From contig MGDT01000006.1 in assembly GCA_001791045.1 (NCBI GenBank), positions 44,957-91,023 on the forward strand: a stretch of 46,067 nt of DNA, given 5' to 3'. This DNA comes from Candidatus Uhrbacteria bacterium RIFCSPHIGHO2_01_FULL_63_20 (GTDB lineage Bacteria; Patescibacteriota; Patescibacteriia; UBA9934; GWF2-40-263). Position 1 is the stretch's first letter. The number at the start of each line of letters is the position of its first letter. The notes beneath the pieces were generated by a model. That model was given only the letters and a program-made list of their open reading frames with translations. It was not told the origin of the DNA and did no database searches. Positions 8,584 through 18,301 of the stretch are shown piece by piece. The translations under genes were made by a program, and so were the position numbers.

Positions 8584-9171
8584 ATGATTGATGCAAAGAC
8601 CGTGGCGACGCTGCGCGAGATGACGAACGCCGGCATGATGGACGCCAAGCGCGCGCTTGAGGAGGCCGGCGGGAACCTGGAGGCCGCCGCCGAGATGCTG
8701 CGCAAGAAGGGGATCGCCAAGGCCGTGAAAAAGGCCGACCGCGTGACCAACGAGGGCCGCGTGCATGCCTACGTGCACGGCACGGGCAAGCTCGGCGTGC
8801 TCGTGGAAGTGCTGTGCGAGACCGATTTCGTGGCGCGCAACGAGGCGTTCCTCGAGCTCTGCCAGGACCTCGCGCTCCATATTTCCGCTTCCGACCCGCT
8901 GTACGTGTCCCGTGACGCCGTGCCCGTGGATCTCGTGGAGAAACAGCAGGCGATGATCCGCGAGGAATCCGCCGCCGGCGCCAAGAGCGCGGAGATCCTC
9001 GAGAAGATGGTGGAGGGCCGCCTGTCCAAGTGGTACCAGGAGATCGTGCTCGTGGAGCAGGCGTTCGTGAAGGACGAGGACAAGACGATCGAAGACCTCG
9101 TGAAGGAGAAGATCGCGCTCTTGGGCGAGAACATCCAGGTCCGCCGCTTCGCGCGGTTCCAGATCGGGTAA
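8584..9171 (+). CDS. tsf: elongation factor Ts (short form)
   Basis: LREMTNAGMMDAKRAL and CETDFVA motifs; follows rpsB. Confidence 0.96.
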   Translation: MIDAKTVATLREMTNAGMMDAKRALEEAGGNLEAAAEMLRKKGIAKAVKKADRVTNEGRVHAYVHGTGKLGVLVEVLCETDFVARNEAFLELCQDLALHISASDPLYVSRDAVPVDLVEKQQAMIREESAAGAKSAEILEKMVEGRLSKWYQEIVLVEQAFVKDEDKTIEDLVKEKIALLGENIQVRRFARFQIG

Positions 9172-9173
9172 GG

Positions 9174-9198
9174 AAATCGGCCCCTCGGGGCCGGTTTT
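9174..9198 (+). terminator. intrinsic terminator after tsf
   Basis: AAATCGGCCCC-TC-GGGGCCGGTTTT hairpin followed by a T-run. Confidence 0.7.
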
Positions 9199-9241
9199 CG
9201 TTTGCGGCGGACGAATGGTACAATTCCCCCCGTTCGTCCCG

Positions 9242-9298
9242 CCAACTCCCAACTCCCAAATATTTACCCGTCCGATGCTCCGAAGGAGCGTAGGCGGG
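9242..9298. repeat. heptamer repeats plus a small palindromic repeat upstream of gap
   Basis: CCAACTC-CCAACTC-CCAAATA (9242-9262), then hairpin 9267-9298 (reverse complement CCCGCCTACGCTCCTTCGGAGCATCGGACGGG). Confidence 0.6.
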
Positions 9299-9310
9299 CC
9301 AACTCCCCCT

Positions 9311-10318
9311 ATGTTACGCGTCGCCATCAACGGGTTCGGGCGCATCGGGCGCACGGCGTTCAAGGCCGGCTGGGGTCGCAAGGACCTGCGGTTCGTGGCC
9401 ATCAACGATCTCACCGAGCCCAAGATCCTGGCGCACCTGCTCCAGTACGATTCCACCTTCCGCACGTGGGGGCACGAGGTGAAGGCGGATGCCAGCCACA
9501 TCATCGTGGACGGGCACAAGATACCCGTGGTCGCCGAGAAGGAGCCGACGGCGCTCCCGTGGAAGGAGCACAAGGTGGACGTGGTGATCGAATCGACCGG
9601 CCGGTTCACGGACAAGGCATCCGCTTCGGCGCACCTCGTGGCCGGCGCGAAGAAGGTGGTCATCTCGGCTCCGGCCAAGGACGCGCCCACCTTCCTCATG
9701 GGCGTGAACCACAAGGGCGCGAAGAAGACCGACACGGTCGTGAACAACGCCAGCTGCACCACCAACTCCATCGGCCCGGTGGTGGCGATCATGGAGGAGG
9801 CGTTCGGCGTGAAGAAGGCGATGATGACCACCATCCATTCGGTCACGGCCGAGCAGAACCTGGTGGACTCGCTCCCGCCCGCGCGGCATCCGGACTTGCG
9901 CCGCGCGAGGAGCGCGCTCGTGAACATGGTGCCCACGTCCACGGGCGCGGCCAAGGCGCTTTCGCAAGCCATCCCGTCGGCGGAAGGGGTGTTCGACGGC
10001 ATCGCGGTGCGCGTGCCCACTCTTGACGTGTCGCTTTCCGATTTCACCTTCGTGCTTGCCAAGAAGGTCACGCCCGAGCAGGTGAACGACGCGTTCGTGA
10101 AGGCATCGAAATCCGCGCGGTGGAGAGGGATCCTCGGGGTCTCGGACGTCCCGCTCGTCTCGAGCGACTTCATCGGCAGCACCTACGGGAGCGTGGTGGA
10201 CCTCGAGATGACGCGCGTGGTCGGTGGCGACCTCGTGAAGGTGCTCGCGTGGTACGACAACGAATGGGGATATTCGATGCGGCTCATCGACATGGTGGAG
10301 CACATCGGGAAGCTGTGA
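9311..10318 (+). CDS. gap: type I glyceraldehyde-3-phosphate dehydrogenase
   Basis: INGFGRIGR, NASCTTN, STGAAKA and WYDNEWGYS motifs. Confidence 0.97.
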   Translation: MLRVAINGFGRIGRTAFKAGWGRKDLRFVAINDLTEPKILAHLLQYDSTFRTWGHEVKADASHIIVDGHKIPVVAEKEPTALPWKEHKVDVVIESTGRFTDKASASAHLVAGAKKVVISAPAKDAPTFLMGVNHKGAKKTDTVVNNASCTTNSIGPVVAIMEEAFGVKKAMMTTIHSVTAEQNLVDSLPPARHPDLRRARSALVNMVPTSTGAAKALSQAIPSAEGVFDGIAVRVPTLDVSLSDFTFVLAKKVTPEQVNDAFVKASKSARWRGILGVSDVPLVSSDFIGSTYGSVVDLEMTRVVGGDLVKVLAWYDNEWGYSMRLIDMVEHIGKL

Positions 10319-11598
10319 AGGGACCGCACCGCATCATCATCGTCGGAGGAGGGTTCGGCGGCCTCCGGGCCGCGTTGGAGCTGGTGAAACGCCGGGCGCG
10401 GTTGAAGTCGTTCGAGGTGACGCTCGTCGATCGCGAGACCCGCCACATCTATTCGCCGCTCCTGTACGAGGTGTGCACGGGCGGGCTCGATGCCGACATG
10501 GGTCGCGCCTCGGTGCAGGAGCTCAAGAGCGGGGTCGCCGTCCCGTTTTCGGACTTCGAGCGCCGCGTGAAGAAGAGCCGGCTGCACTTCGTGCGTGGCG
10601 AGCTTACGGGCCTCGACGAGGAAGCGAAGGAAATCGCGCTCAAGGACGGACGCACGCTTCCCTATGACGACCTCATCCTCGCCTGCGGCGGCGCTCCCAA
10701 CACGTTCGGCATCCCGGGGGTCGAGGAACACGCGTTCTTCCTCAAGTGGCTTCCCGACGCGCTTCGCATCCGCGCGCGGATCGCCGCGTTTCTCGAGGCG
10801 CGCCGCAAGGGGAAGGAACGCCGCGTGTGCGTGCTTATCGCGGGCGGAGGGCCCACCGGCACCGAGTCGGCCGCGGAGCTGGCCAATTTCTTCCAGCGCA
10901 TGACCGACGCGGGGGTGCTCGACCGTGAGGCCTGGCACGTGCGGTTGGTGGAAGCCGGGCCGACGGTGCTCCCCAACCATCCCGAACCGGTGCGCCAGGC
11001 GGCCCGCAAACGCCTCGAGGCGCTCGGGGTCGACGTGATGACCGGGACCAAGCTCAACAAGATCGAGCCGGGCCGCGCGTGCCTGACGATCGCGGACGAC
11101 GGGGAGGAATGCATACGCGAGGCCGACGTGGTGGTGTGGGCGGGCGGGATCAAGCCGCCGGCGGCGTGGAAATCGCTCAAGCTCCCGGTGGACGCCAAGG
11201 GGTGGCTCATGGCGGAACCGTCGCTCCAATTGAAGGGGAAGGACCACGTGTGGGGGCTTGGGGACGCCGTGTCGTTCATGCATCCCAAGACCGGCGTCCG
11301 GGTGCCGGCGCTCGCGCAGGTCGCGACGCGCGAGGCGGCGATCGTCGCCGAGAACGTGACGCGGCTGCTCGAACGCCGCCCAGCCATCACGTGGAACCCG
11401 CCGGAATACTGGATGACGGTGACCCCGCTTGGCGGGCACCACGCGATCGCCGACCTTGGCCGGTTCGTGCTCACCGGGTTCCCGGGGTACGTGGCGCGCA
11501 AGGTCGCCGACCTCATGTATTTCTGCTCCATCCTTCCGTGGCGCCAGGCGCTCCGCTTGTGGGCGAAGGGGACGATGGTGTACATGCGGAACGATTGA
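10315..11598 (+). CDS. ndh: type II NADH dehydrogenase-like FAD-dependent oxidoreductase
   Basis: GGGFGG, PLLYE, FGIPG, GGGPTGTE.A.EL, WAGG, GD and PALAQVA motifs; GTG start overlaps the gap stop. Confidence 0.85.
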   Translation: MKGPHRIIIVGGGFGGLRAALELVKRRARLKSFEVTLVDRETRHIYSPLLYEVCTGGLDADMGRASVQELKSGVAVPFSDFERRVKKSRLHFVRGELTGLDEEAKEIALKDGRTLPYDDLILACGGAPNTFGIPGVEEHAFFLKWLPDALRIRARIAAFLEARRKGKERRVCVLIAGGGPTGTESAAELANFFQRMTDAGVLDREAWHVRLVEAGPTVLPNHPEPVRQAARKRLEALGVDVMTGTKLNKIEPGRACLTIADDGEECIREADVVVWAGGIKPPAAWKSLKLPVDAKGWLMAEPSLQLKGKDHVWGLGDAVSFMHPKTGVRVPALAQVATREAAIVAENVTRLLERRPAITWNPPEYWMTVTPLGGHHAIADLGRFVLTGFPGYVARKVADLMYFCSILPWRQALRLWAKGTMVYMRND

Positions 11599-11599
11599 T

Positions 11600-12784
11600 A
11601 TGGCTTTGCGCACGCTCAAGAACGGAGCGGATCTGCACGGCAAGCGCGTGCTCGTCCGCATAGACGGCAACGTCCCGGTCGTGAAAGGGAAGGCCGTGGA
11701 CGGCGCGCACGGGCGCATCGCGCGGGCGGCGGTCGGGATCGACTGGCTGCGGCAGCGCGGGGCGCGCGTGATCGTGATGACCCACCTGGGGCGCCCGAAA
11801 GGGAAGCGCGTGCCCGCGTATTCGGTGCGGCCGGTCGCGAAGCGGCTCTCGGAATTGCTGGGCATCGAGGTGAGATTCTCGCGCGACATCGTGGGGCCGT
11901 CGGTATCCCGCGCCGTGGACAACCTCAAGGACGGCGAAGTGCTGCTCCTCGAGAACGTGCGGTTCGACGCGCGCGAGGAGCGCAACAGCCCGGCGTTCGC
12001 GCAGAGCCTCGCCTCGCTCGCCGACCTATACGTGAACGACGCGTTCGGCGTGTGCCATCGCGCGCACGCGAGCGTCGAAGCGATCGCCGAGCAGCTTCCG
12101 TCGTACGCCGGGCCATTGCTGCAGCAGGAAGTGTCGGTGCTTTCCAAGGTGATGAAAAGCCCCAAGCGCCCGTTCGTGCTCGCGCTTGGCGGCCTCAAGG
12201 CCTCTGACAAGATCCCAGTCATGCGTAAGCTCCTGCCCGACGCGGATTACGTGATCGTGGGCGGCGCGCTCGCGACCGCGTTCTTGGCCGCCGACGGCCT
12301 TCCGGTCGGTCGTTCGGTGTATGATGGGGACGGGGTGCGCTCCGCGAAACGGCTGCTCAAGGACGCGCGCGTCAAATTTTTGCTCCCGCTTGACGTCGTG
12401 GTCGCGAGTTCGCCCACGTCGCGCGCCAAGAAACGCAACGTGAGCGTTTCCCAGGTCGGTCCCAAGGACATGATCCTGGACATCGGCCACGCGAGCATGA
12501 AGAAGGCGGCGCGCGAGGTGGAAGGGGCCAAGACCGTGGTGTGGAACGGGCCGTTCGGCCTCGCCGAGAATGAGCGGTTCCGCGACGCGACGCTCCTGCT
12601 CGCCCGGGCCGTGGCCGACCGCGCCGAAGCGGCCGTCACGGTGGTGGGCGGCGGCGATACCGTGCCGCTCGTGGAGCGAGCAGGGCTCGCCGACCGGTTC
12701 ACCCTGCTTTCGACCGGCGGCGGCGCCATGCTCGAATTCCTCGCGGGCAAGAAGATGCCGGGGATCGAAGCGCTCCAAACCTGA
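11600..12784 (+). CDS. pgk: phosphoglycerate kinase
   Basis: THLGRP, LLENVRF, YVNDAFG..HRAHAS, WNGP, GGGDT and STGGGA motifs. Confidence 0.97.
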   Translation: MALRTLKNGADLHGKRVLVRIDGNVPVVKGKAVDGAHGRIARAAVGIDWLRQRGARVIVMTHLGRPKGKRVPAYSVRPVAKRLSELLGIEVRFSRDIVGPSVSRAVDNLKDGEVLLLENVRFDAREERNSPAFAQSLASLADLYVNDAFGVCHRAHASVEAIAEQLPSYAGPLLQQEVSVLSKVMKSPKRPFVLALGGLKASDKIPVMRKLLPDADYVIVGGALATAFLAADGLPVGRSVYDGDGVRSAKRLLKDARVKFLLPLDVVVASSPTSRAKKRNVSVSQVGPKDMILDIGHASMKKAAREVEGAKTVVWNGPFGLAENERFRDATLLLARAVADRAEAAVTVVGGGDTVPLVERAGLADRFTLLSTGGGAMLEFLAGKKMPGIEALQT

Positions 12785-12785
12785 T

Positions 12786-14042
12786 ATGTCGAAGATCGAT
12801 TCCATCCACGCGCACGAGATCCTGGACAGCCGGGGGAACCCCACCGTGCAGGTCACGGTGCTGTTGGAAGACGGCTCGACCGGGACCGCGTCGGTCCCGA
12901 GCGGGGCGTCCACCGGGAGCCATGAGGCGCTCGAGCTGCGAGACGGGAACCCCAAGCGCTACCGCGGCTTGGGCGTGTTGAAGGCGGTGAGGAACGCGAA
13001 TGGCCCGCTCGCGAAGGCGGTGACGGGCATGCACGCCGACGACCAGCGCGAGATCGACGCGCGCATGGTGGCGCTCGACGGGACCGACAACAAGCGCAGG
13101 CTCGGCGCGAACGCCATCCTCGGCGTGTCGCTCGCGGTCGCGCACGCGGCCGCCAAGTCCAACGTCCAGCCGCTGTACGCGTACCTGCGCGAATGTTTTG
13201 AGTTGAAGCACAAGGGGTACCGCCTGCCGGTCCCGACCATGAACATCCTGAACGGTGGCGCGCATGCGGGCTGGATCCTCGATTTCCAAGAGTTCATGGT
13301 GGTGCCGCAGCAGAAACGGTTCTCCGAACGCGTACGGTGCGGATCGGAGGTGTTCCACGCGCTCGGCGATATTTTGAAAAAGATGGGCCACTCGACGCTC
13401 GTGGGCGATGAGGGCGGGTACGCCGTGCCGTTCGCGCGCAATGAGGACGCGCTCAAGGCGATCATGAAGGCGATCGCCGCGGCCGGTTACAAGGCGGGGA
13501 AGGACGTGATGCTCGCGCTCGATCCGGCCGTGTCTGAAGTCTATGACGCCAGGCGAAAGCGGTATGCGTTGCGCGTCGACAAGCAGCGACTCACCAGCGA
13601 CCAGATGATCGCCTTGTGGCAGGAATGGGCCAGGAAATACCCGATCGTCTCGCTCGAGGACGGGCTCGCCGAGGACGATTGGGAAGGGTGGGCACGCCTC
13701 ACGCGAGCTACGGGAGAAAAACTCACGCTCGTGGGCGATGATTTCTTCGTGACGAACGTCGCGCGGCTTCAACAAGGGGTCGCGCTGGGGTGCGGTAACG
13801 CCATCCTCATCAAGGTGAACCAGATCGGGACGCTCACCGAAGCGGTCGAAGCGATAAACCTGGCGCAGGAGAGCGGCTACAAGGTCTCCGTGTCCCATCG
13901 TTCCGGCGAGACCGAGGACACCACGATCGCCGACCTCGCGGTCGCCGTGAACGCCGACTACATCAAGACCGGTTCGCTGTCACGTTCCGAACGCCTCGCC
14001 AAATACAACCGGCTCATGGAGATCGAGGAGGAAGTGATGTGA
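12786..14042 (+). CDS. eno: enolase
   Basis: ILDSRGNPTV, PSGASTG, GDEGG, IKVNQIG, SHRSGETED and RSERLAKYN motifs. Confidence 0.98.
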   Translation: MSKIDSIHAHEILDSRGNPTVQVTVLLEDGSTGTASVPSGASTGSHEALELRDGNPKRYRGLGVLKAVRNANGPLAKAVTGMHADDQREIDARMVALDGTDNKRRLGANAILGVSLAVAHAAAKSNVQPLYAYLRECFELKHKGYRLPVPTMNILNGGAHAGWILDFQEFMVVPQQKRFSERVRCGSEVFHALGDILKKMGHSTLVGDEGGYAVPFARNEDALKAIMKAIAAAGYKAGKDVMLALDPAVSEVYDARRKRYALRVDKQRLTSDQMIALWQEWARKYPIVSLEDGLAEDDWEGWARLTRATGEKLTLVGDDFFVTNVARLQQGVALGCGNAILIKVNQIGTLTEAVEAINLAQESGYKVSVSHRSGETEDTTIADLAVAVNADYIKTGSLSRSERLAKYNRLMEIEEEVM

Positions 14043-14569
14043 AGAAGAAGCGCATCGTCTTTTTCGACGGGGATGGGACCATTTGGTACCCGAAATCCAC
14101 CAAACGGACGAGAAAGCCTCACTGGATTTATTCCGACACGAAGATCGGACGGAATCATCTGGACCACCTGGTCCTGACACCGACGACAGTGCCGACGTTG
14201 AAGAAATTGCGGCGAAGCGGTGTGGTGTTGATCTTGATCTCGACGCATCCCCATCCGCCGAAGGAAGCGGACGAGTTTCTGAAAGGAAAGATGAGGCATT
14301 TGGACGTCGAGCGCCTTTTTGACGCGTATTACGCCGCTCGCGATTATCCGGAAGGAAAAGGGGAGTTGATCGTCAGGATCCTTAAGCGGCAAGGAATCCT
14401 CAAATCCCAAGCGTTGATGGTCGGGGACAGTTATCGGTATGATTATTTGTCTGCGAAGAACGTCGGCGTGGAAGCACTGCTCATCAGGACGCCATACACG
14501 GCGCCGGAGGGGAAGAGAGTGAGGCGGACCATTCATCACGTCCGGGACGTGCTCGATTATCTCGACTGA
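14039..14569 (+). CDS. HAD-superfamily hydrolase
   Basis: FFDGDGT motif I and MVGDS..YD motif IV. Confidence 0.85.
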   Translation: MKKKRIVFFDGDGTIWYPKSTKRTRKPHWIYSDTKIGRNHLDHLVLTPTTVPTLKKLRRSGVVLILISTHPHPPKEADEFLKGKMRHLDVERLFDAYYAARDYPEGKGELIVRILKRQGILKSQALMVGDSYRYDYLSAKNVGVEALLIRTPYTAPEGKRVRRTIHHVRDVLDYLD

Positions 14570-14575
14570 GAATAT

Positions 14576-14603
14576 ATTTCTGAAATTGTCCCGGTCGGGA
14601 CAA
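14576..14603 (+). repeat. 28-bp palindromic direct repeat, copy 1
   Basis: ATTTCTGAAATTGTCCCGGTCGGGACAA; 25/28 identical to 15160-15187. Confidence 0.85.
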
Positions 14604-14617
14604 TTTGGTAAACGAAC

Positions 14618-15154
14618 ATGACACATCGCAATTCAGCCAGTCTTGCAGCGCTCGATCGACTCACGCGCTCGATAGAGCGTCTGGAACGAGGCATGATCGT
14701 GGATCGGCGCCGGTTCATGCAGACTCCTGGTTTACGCGGTCGGACAAGGATTGCCGTCGAGATGAGCGCAAAGAAGGAACGCGCACGTTTCCTACGCGGC
14801 TCGAAGGCGTTGATTGAAGATGGATTGGTTGCCGAGCGCCGAGTCGGCAATCAGATTGTCTCAGTCTTGACCTCCAAAGGTCTTGAAGAAACGTTACGGT
14901 TTCGCATTCGAGCCTCTCGTTCAGTTCTTCCGAATCAAGATCGTCTCATCGTCACGTTTGATATCCCGGAACACGTGTCCGATGTTCGGACTGCTCTGCG
15001 GAGGTTTCTGAAGAGCGCGGGATTTCGACACGTACATTTAAGCGTTTGGGACACGGACAAATCCGTAACCAATGAACTTTCACAGCTTCTCCGTCTGATG
15101 AAGTGCGGCCGGTGGGTGAAATTGTTCATTGGACGCGAACTGAAGGACGAATAA
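14618..15154 (+). CDS. PaaX-like / Cas2-like ferredoxin-fold protein with an N-terminal winged-helix-like region
   Basis: LIEDGLV..LTSKG wing region; LIVTFDIPE..R.ALRRFL..GF....SVW signature. Confidence 0.75.
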   Translation: MTHRNSASLAALDRLTRSIERLERGMIVDRRRFMQTPGLRGRTRIAVEMSAKKERARFLRGSKALIEDGLVAERRVGNQIVSVLTSKGLEETLRFRIRASRSVLPNQDRLIVTFDIPEHVSDVRTALRRFLKSAGFRHVHLSVWDTDKSVTNELSQLLRLMKCGRWVKLFIGRELKDE

Positions 15155-15159
15155 CGCTC

Positions 15160-15187
15160 ATTTCCGAAATTGTCGCGGTCGCGACAA
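15160..15187 (+). repeat. 28-bp palindromic direct repeat, copy 2
   Basis: ATTTCCGAAATTGTCGCGGTCGCGACAA. Confidence 0.85.
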
Positions 15188-15243
15188 AAAGCAAAATGAA
15201 ACACCTTCCTCGCGGAACATGGGTCGGTTACAATGTCTCCGCT

Positions 15244-16830
15244 ATGGCCGATGCGCAGAAACGCCCGAAACCCGCCGTGCTCATGATCCTCGACGGGTTC
15301 GGCGTGGCGCCCGACGGGCCCGGGAACGCGGTCACGCGCGCCAAGATGCCCGCCTTCCGTTCGCTCATCGCGAACTATCCCACCATGACGTTGCGCGCGA
15401 GCGGCGAGGAGGTGGGGCTTTCGTGGGGGGAGATGGGCAACTCGGAGGTAGGTCACCTCGCGATCGGCGCGGGGCGCGTGTACTACCAGACGTTCCCGCG
15501 CGTGAACCGCGACATCATGAGCGGGGATTTTTACGCGAACGAGGCGTTCGTGAAGGCGATCGAGCATGCGAAGGCCGCGGGCAGCGCGCTCCACCTGATC
15601 GGGCTCATGAGCCCGGGCCGCGTGCACTCCATGGACGAGCACTGCTTCGCGCTGCTCGAGCTGTGCAAGCGTCATAAGCTGAAAAAAGTGTTCGTGCACG
15701 CCATCCTCGACGGCCGCGACACGCTCTACAACGCCGGGATCGATTTCGTGGGGAAGCTGCTCGAGAAGATGAAGGATCTGAAGACGGGCCGGCTCGCCAC
15801 GTTGTGCGGACGCTTTTACGCGATGGATCGCGACAACCGGTGGGACCGCACGCAAAAGGCGTTCGACGCGATGGCCGAGGGAAAGGGGGAGATGGCGCTC
15901 GAGCCGCTCACCGCCATCCGGCAGAGTTACGCCGGCGAGGTGTATGACGAGGAGTTCCCGCCCACGGTGCTGCTCGACGGCGACCAGCCGGTCGCGACCG
16001 TGCAGGATCACGACGCCATCATCTTCTTCAACTTCCGCCCGGACCGCATGCGCCAGCTGACCAAGGCGTTCGTGCTCCCCGGGTTCACGCGCTTCCCGCG
16101 CCGGACGATCGCGGACCTGCTCCCCGTCACCATGGTCGAATACCAACGCGGGCTTCCCGTGGAGGTGGCGTACCCGCCGGTGGCCATCCAAAAATGCCTG
16201 GCCGAGGTGATTTCGGACGCCGGGCTCACGCAGCTGCACGTGGCGGAAACAGAAAAATACGCGCACGTCACCTTTTTCGTGAACGGGACGCGCGAGGAAC
16301 CGTTCCCGGGCGAGAAGCGCGCGCTCGTCCCGTCGCCGCGCGTCGCCTCCTACGACGAGCGTCCCGCGATGAGCGCCGAGGAGGTCACCGACCGCGTGAT
16401 CGACGAGGTCCGGAAAGGCGAGACCGACGTCGTCATCATGAACTACGCGAATGCCGACATGGTGGGGCACACGGGGAACGTGGAGGCGACCGTGAAGGCG
16501 AACGAGACGGTGGACGCGTGCATCGCCCGCGTGGTGAAGGAGGTGCTCGACCGGGACGGCGTGCTGTTCCTGACCGCCGATCACGGCAACGGGGAAGAGG
16601 TGTTGAACGTGCGGACGGGAGAGATCGACAAGGAGCATGCCACCAATCCGGTGCCCTTCGTGATCGTCGGCAACCAGTTCAAGGGGAAACCCTCTCCCGC
16701 GGGCGAGGTGCCCGAAGGGGATCTCTCCCTCATGCCGCCGGTGGGGATGCTCGCGGACGTCGCCCCCACCGTGCTTTCGGTGCTCGGCCTAAAGCAACCG
16801 CCCGAGATGACGGGGCAGCCGCTGCTGTGA
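15244..16830 (+). CDS. gpmI: 2,3-bisphosphoglycerate-independent phosphoglycerate mutase
   Basis: ILDGFG, MGNSEVGH, LDGRD, AMDRDNRW, AETEKYAHVTFF, DMVGHTG and TADHGN motifs. Confidence 0.97.
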   Translation: MADAQKRPKPAVLMILDGFGVAPDGPGNAVTRAKMPAFRSLIANYPTMTLRASGEEVGLSWGEMGNSEVGHLAIGAGRVYYQTFPRVNRDIMSGDFYANEAFVKAIEHAKAAGSALHLIGLMSPGRVHSMDEHCFALLELCKRHKLKKVFVHAILDGRDTLYNAGIDFVGKLLEKMKDLKTGRLATLCGRFYAMDRDNRWDRTQKAFDAMAEGKGEMALEPLTAIRQSYAGEVYDEEFPPTVLLDGDQPVATVQDHDAIIFFNFRPDRMRQLTKAFVLPGFTRFPRRTIADLLPVTMVEYQRGLPVEVAYPPVAIQKCLAEVISDAGLTQLHVAETEKYAHVTFFVNGTREEPFPGEKRALVPSPRVASYDERPAMSAEEVTDRVIDEVRKGETDVVIMNYANADMVGHTGNVEATVKANETVDACIARVVKEVLDRDGVLFLTADHGNGEEVLNVRTGEIDKEHATNPVPFVIVGNQFKGKPSPAGEVPEGDLSLMPPVGMLADVAPTVLSVLGLKQPPEMTGQPLL

Positions 16831-16855
16831 AGGCGGATCCCGCTCCGCAACTCAT

Positions 16856-17284
16856 ATGAAACGGCTCGTCGATTCCATCGCCATCTGGTGCGCGCGTTAC
16901 CTGATCGTCGCGCTCTTGATCGCGGCCGCGCTCGCCGGTTCGTCCCTGATCAAGGAGCTCTTGGTTTCCATCCTTGCCGCCTGGGGGTTCGCGGTCCTGT
17001 TGCAGCTCGCGCTGCGCCGCCCGCGTCCGTTCAGGAACGGGGAGCAGGCGCTCATCAAGATGTGGGTCGAGACCCCGTCGTTCCCGTCGGCGCACGCCGC
17101 GATCTCGTTCGCGGTCGCCGGCACGTTCCTGTGGAGCCAAGGGGGACAGGCGCCGGCGTTCGCGGTCGCCGCGACGCTGTTGTGTTGGGCACGCGTGCGG
17201 GTGAGGGTCCACTACCTGTCCGACGTGGCGGTTGGCGCCGCGCTCGGGCTTGCCGTAAGCTATGGCGCGTCGTCATTCGTATGA
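16856..17284 (+). CDS. PAP2-family membrane phosphatase
   Basis: RPRP, SFPSAH and RV..VHYLSDV motifs; TM segments. Confidence 0.85.
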   Translation: MKRLVDSIAIWCARYLIVALLIAAALAGSSLIKELLVSILAAWGFAVLLQLALRRPRPFRNGEQALIKMWVETPSFPSAHAAISFAVAGTFLWSQGGQAPAFAVAATLLCWARVRVRVHYLSDVAVGAALGLAVSYGASSFV

Positions 17285-18228
17285 GCCGATTGCTGGTATT
17301 CCTGGCCATTTCCAGCCTGATCTCGGGCGCCGCCTGGATCGGGACCGCGGCCTACGACGCGCTGCTCATCGCCCCCGGCCCGGACACCGCGGCGGCGTCC
17401 TTTACGATCGAGCCTGGGGCGACCGTGAAGACGGTCGCGGCCGGCCTCGAACGGGAAGGGGTCATCCGCGGGGCGTTCGGGTTCGAGCTGTTCGCCCGCG
17501 TGACCCGCACGGCGGAATCCTTCAAGGCCGGGACGTACCAGCTCCGGCGTCCCATGAGTTATGCCTCGGCGATCGCGACGCTCACCGTCGCGACGCGCGC
17601 GCAGGAGGTGGAGCTGACCATCCCCGAAGGGCTCACGGCGCGGAGGATCGGGGAGCTCGTCCGCGCGGCGCTCCCGCATGTCACGGCGCGAGAGTGGGAG
17701 ATCGCCTCGGAGGGCCTGGAAGGCCGCCTGTTCCCGGACACGTACCGGTTCCGGTTCGATGCCACCGTCGAGGACGTGGTGACGAAGATGCAAGAGACGC
17801 TCGACCGCCGTCTCGCCGAGAACGGCGTCGCGAAGGACGACGCGTTCCCGCGCATCCTGATCCTCGCGTCCATCATCGAGCGGGAAGTGCGTTCGAGCGA
17901 GGACATGAAGCTGGTGGCGGACGTCTTCCGCAAGCGTCTCGACATCGGGATGGCGTTGCAAGCCGACTCCACGGTGAACTACGTCACGGGCGGGGACGAC
18001 CCGAGCGTGAGCTACGAGGATCTGAAGATCGACTCCCCGTACAACACGTACAAGCATCCCGGGCTCCCGCCTGGCCCCATCAGCAACCCGGGGATGAACG
18101 CGATCCTGGCCGCGGCGCAACCGGAACCCAACCCGTACTATTACTTCCTCACCACGCCCGAGGGCGAGGTGAAATACGCGAGGACCTTCGAGGAGCATCA
18201 GCTGAACCGCGCGCGGTACCTGAAGTAG
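17281..18228 (+). CDS. mltG: endolytic transglycosylase MltG (YceG)
   Basis: TIPEG, LEGRLFPDTY, LASIIERE, LQADST and SPYNTY..GLPPGPI motifs. Confidence 0.93.
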   Translation: MSRLLVFLAISSLISGAAWIGTAAYDALLIAPGPDTAAASFTIEPGATVKTVAAGLEREGVIRGAFGFELFARVTRTAESFKAGTYQLRRPMSYASAIATLTVATRAQEVELTIPEGLTARRIGELVRAALPHVTAREWEIASEGLEGRLFPDTYRFRFDATVEDVVTKMQETLDRRLAENGVAKDDAFPRILILASIIEREVRSSEDMKLVADVFRKRLDIGMALQADSTVNYVTGGDDPSVSYEDLKIDSPYNTYKHPGLPPGPISNPGMNAILAAAQPEPNPYYYFLTTPEGEVKYARTFEEHQLNRARYLK

Positions 18229-18232
18229 GGGA

Positions 18233-18261
18233 TTGACGCGGAGGCGTTTTTGACGTAGGCT
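18233..18261 (+). promoter_or_regulatory. sigma70-type promoter
   Basis: TTGACG-N17-TAGGCT. Confidence 0.55.
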
Positions 18262-18301
18262 CGGCAGGCCGTACGTCACGGCAGAACATGGAGAAGGCCC
18301 T

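Noticed and set aside
9741-9775. GAPDH motif CTTNS lacking the second Cys
   Set aside because: The catalytic Cys is intact and this variant is known in other bacteria.
14576-15187. CRISPR-Cas locus
   Set aside because: Only two repeats, separated by a whole gene; no spacers and no cas1 or effector genes in the window.
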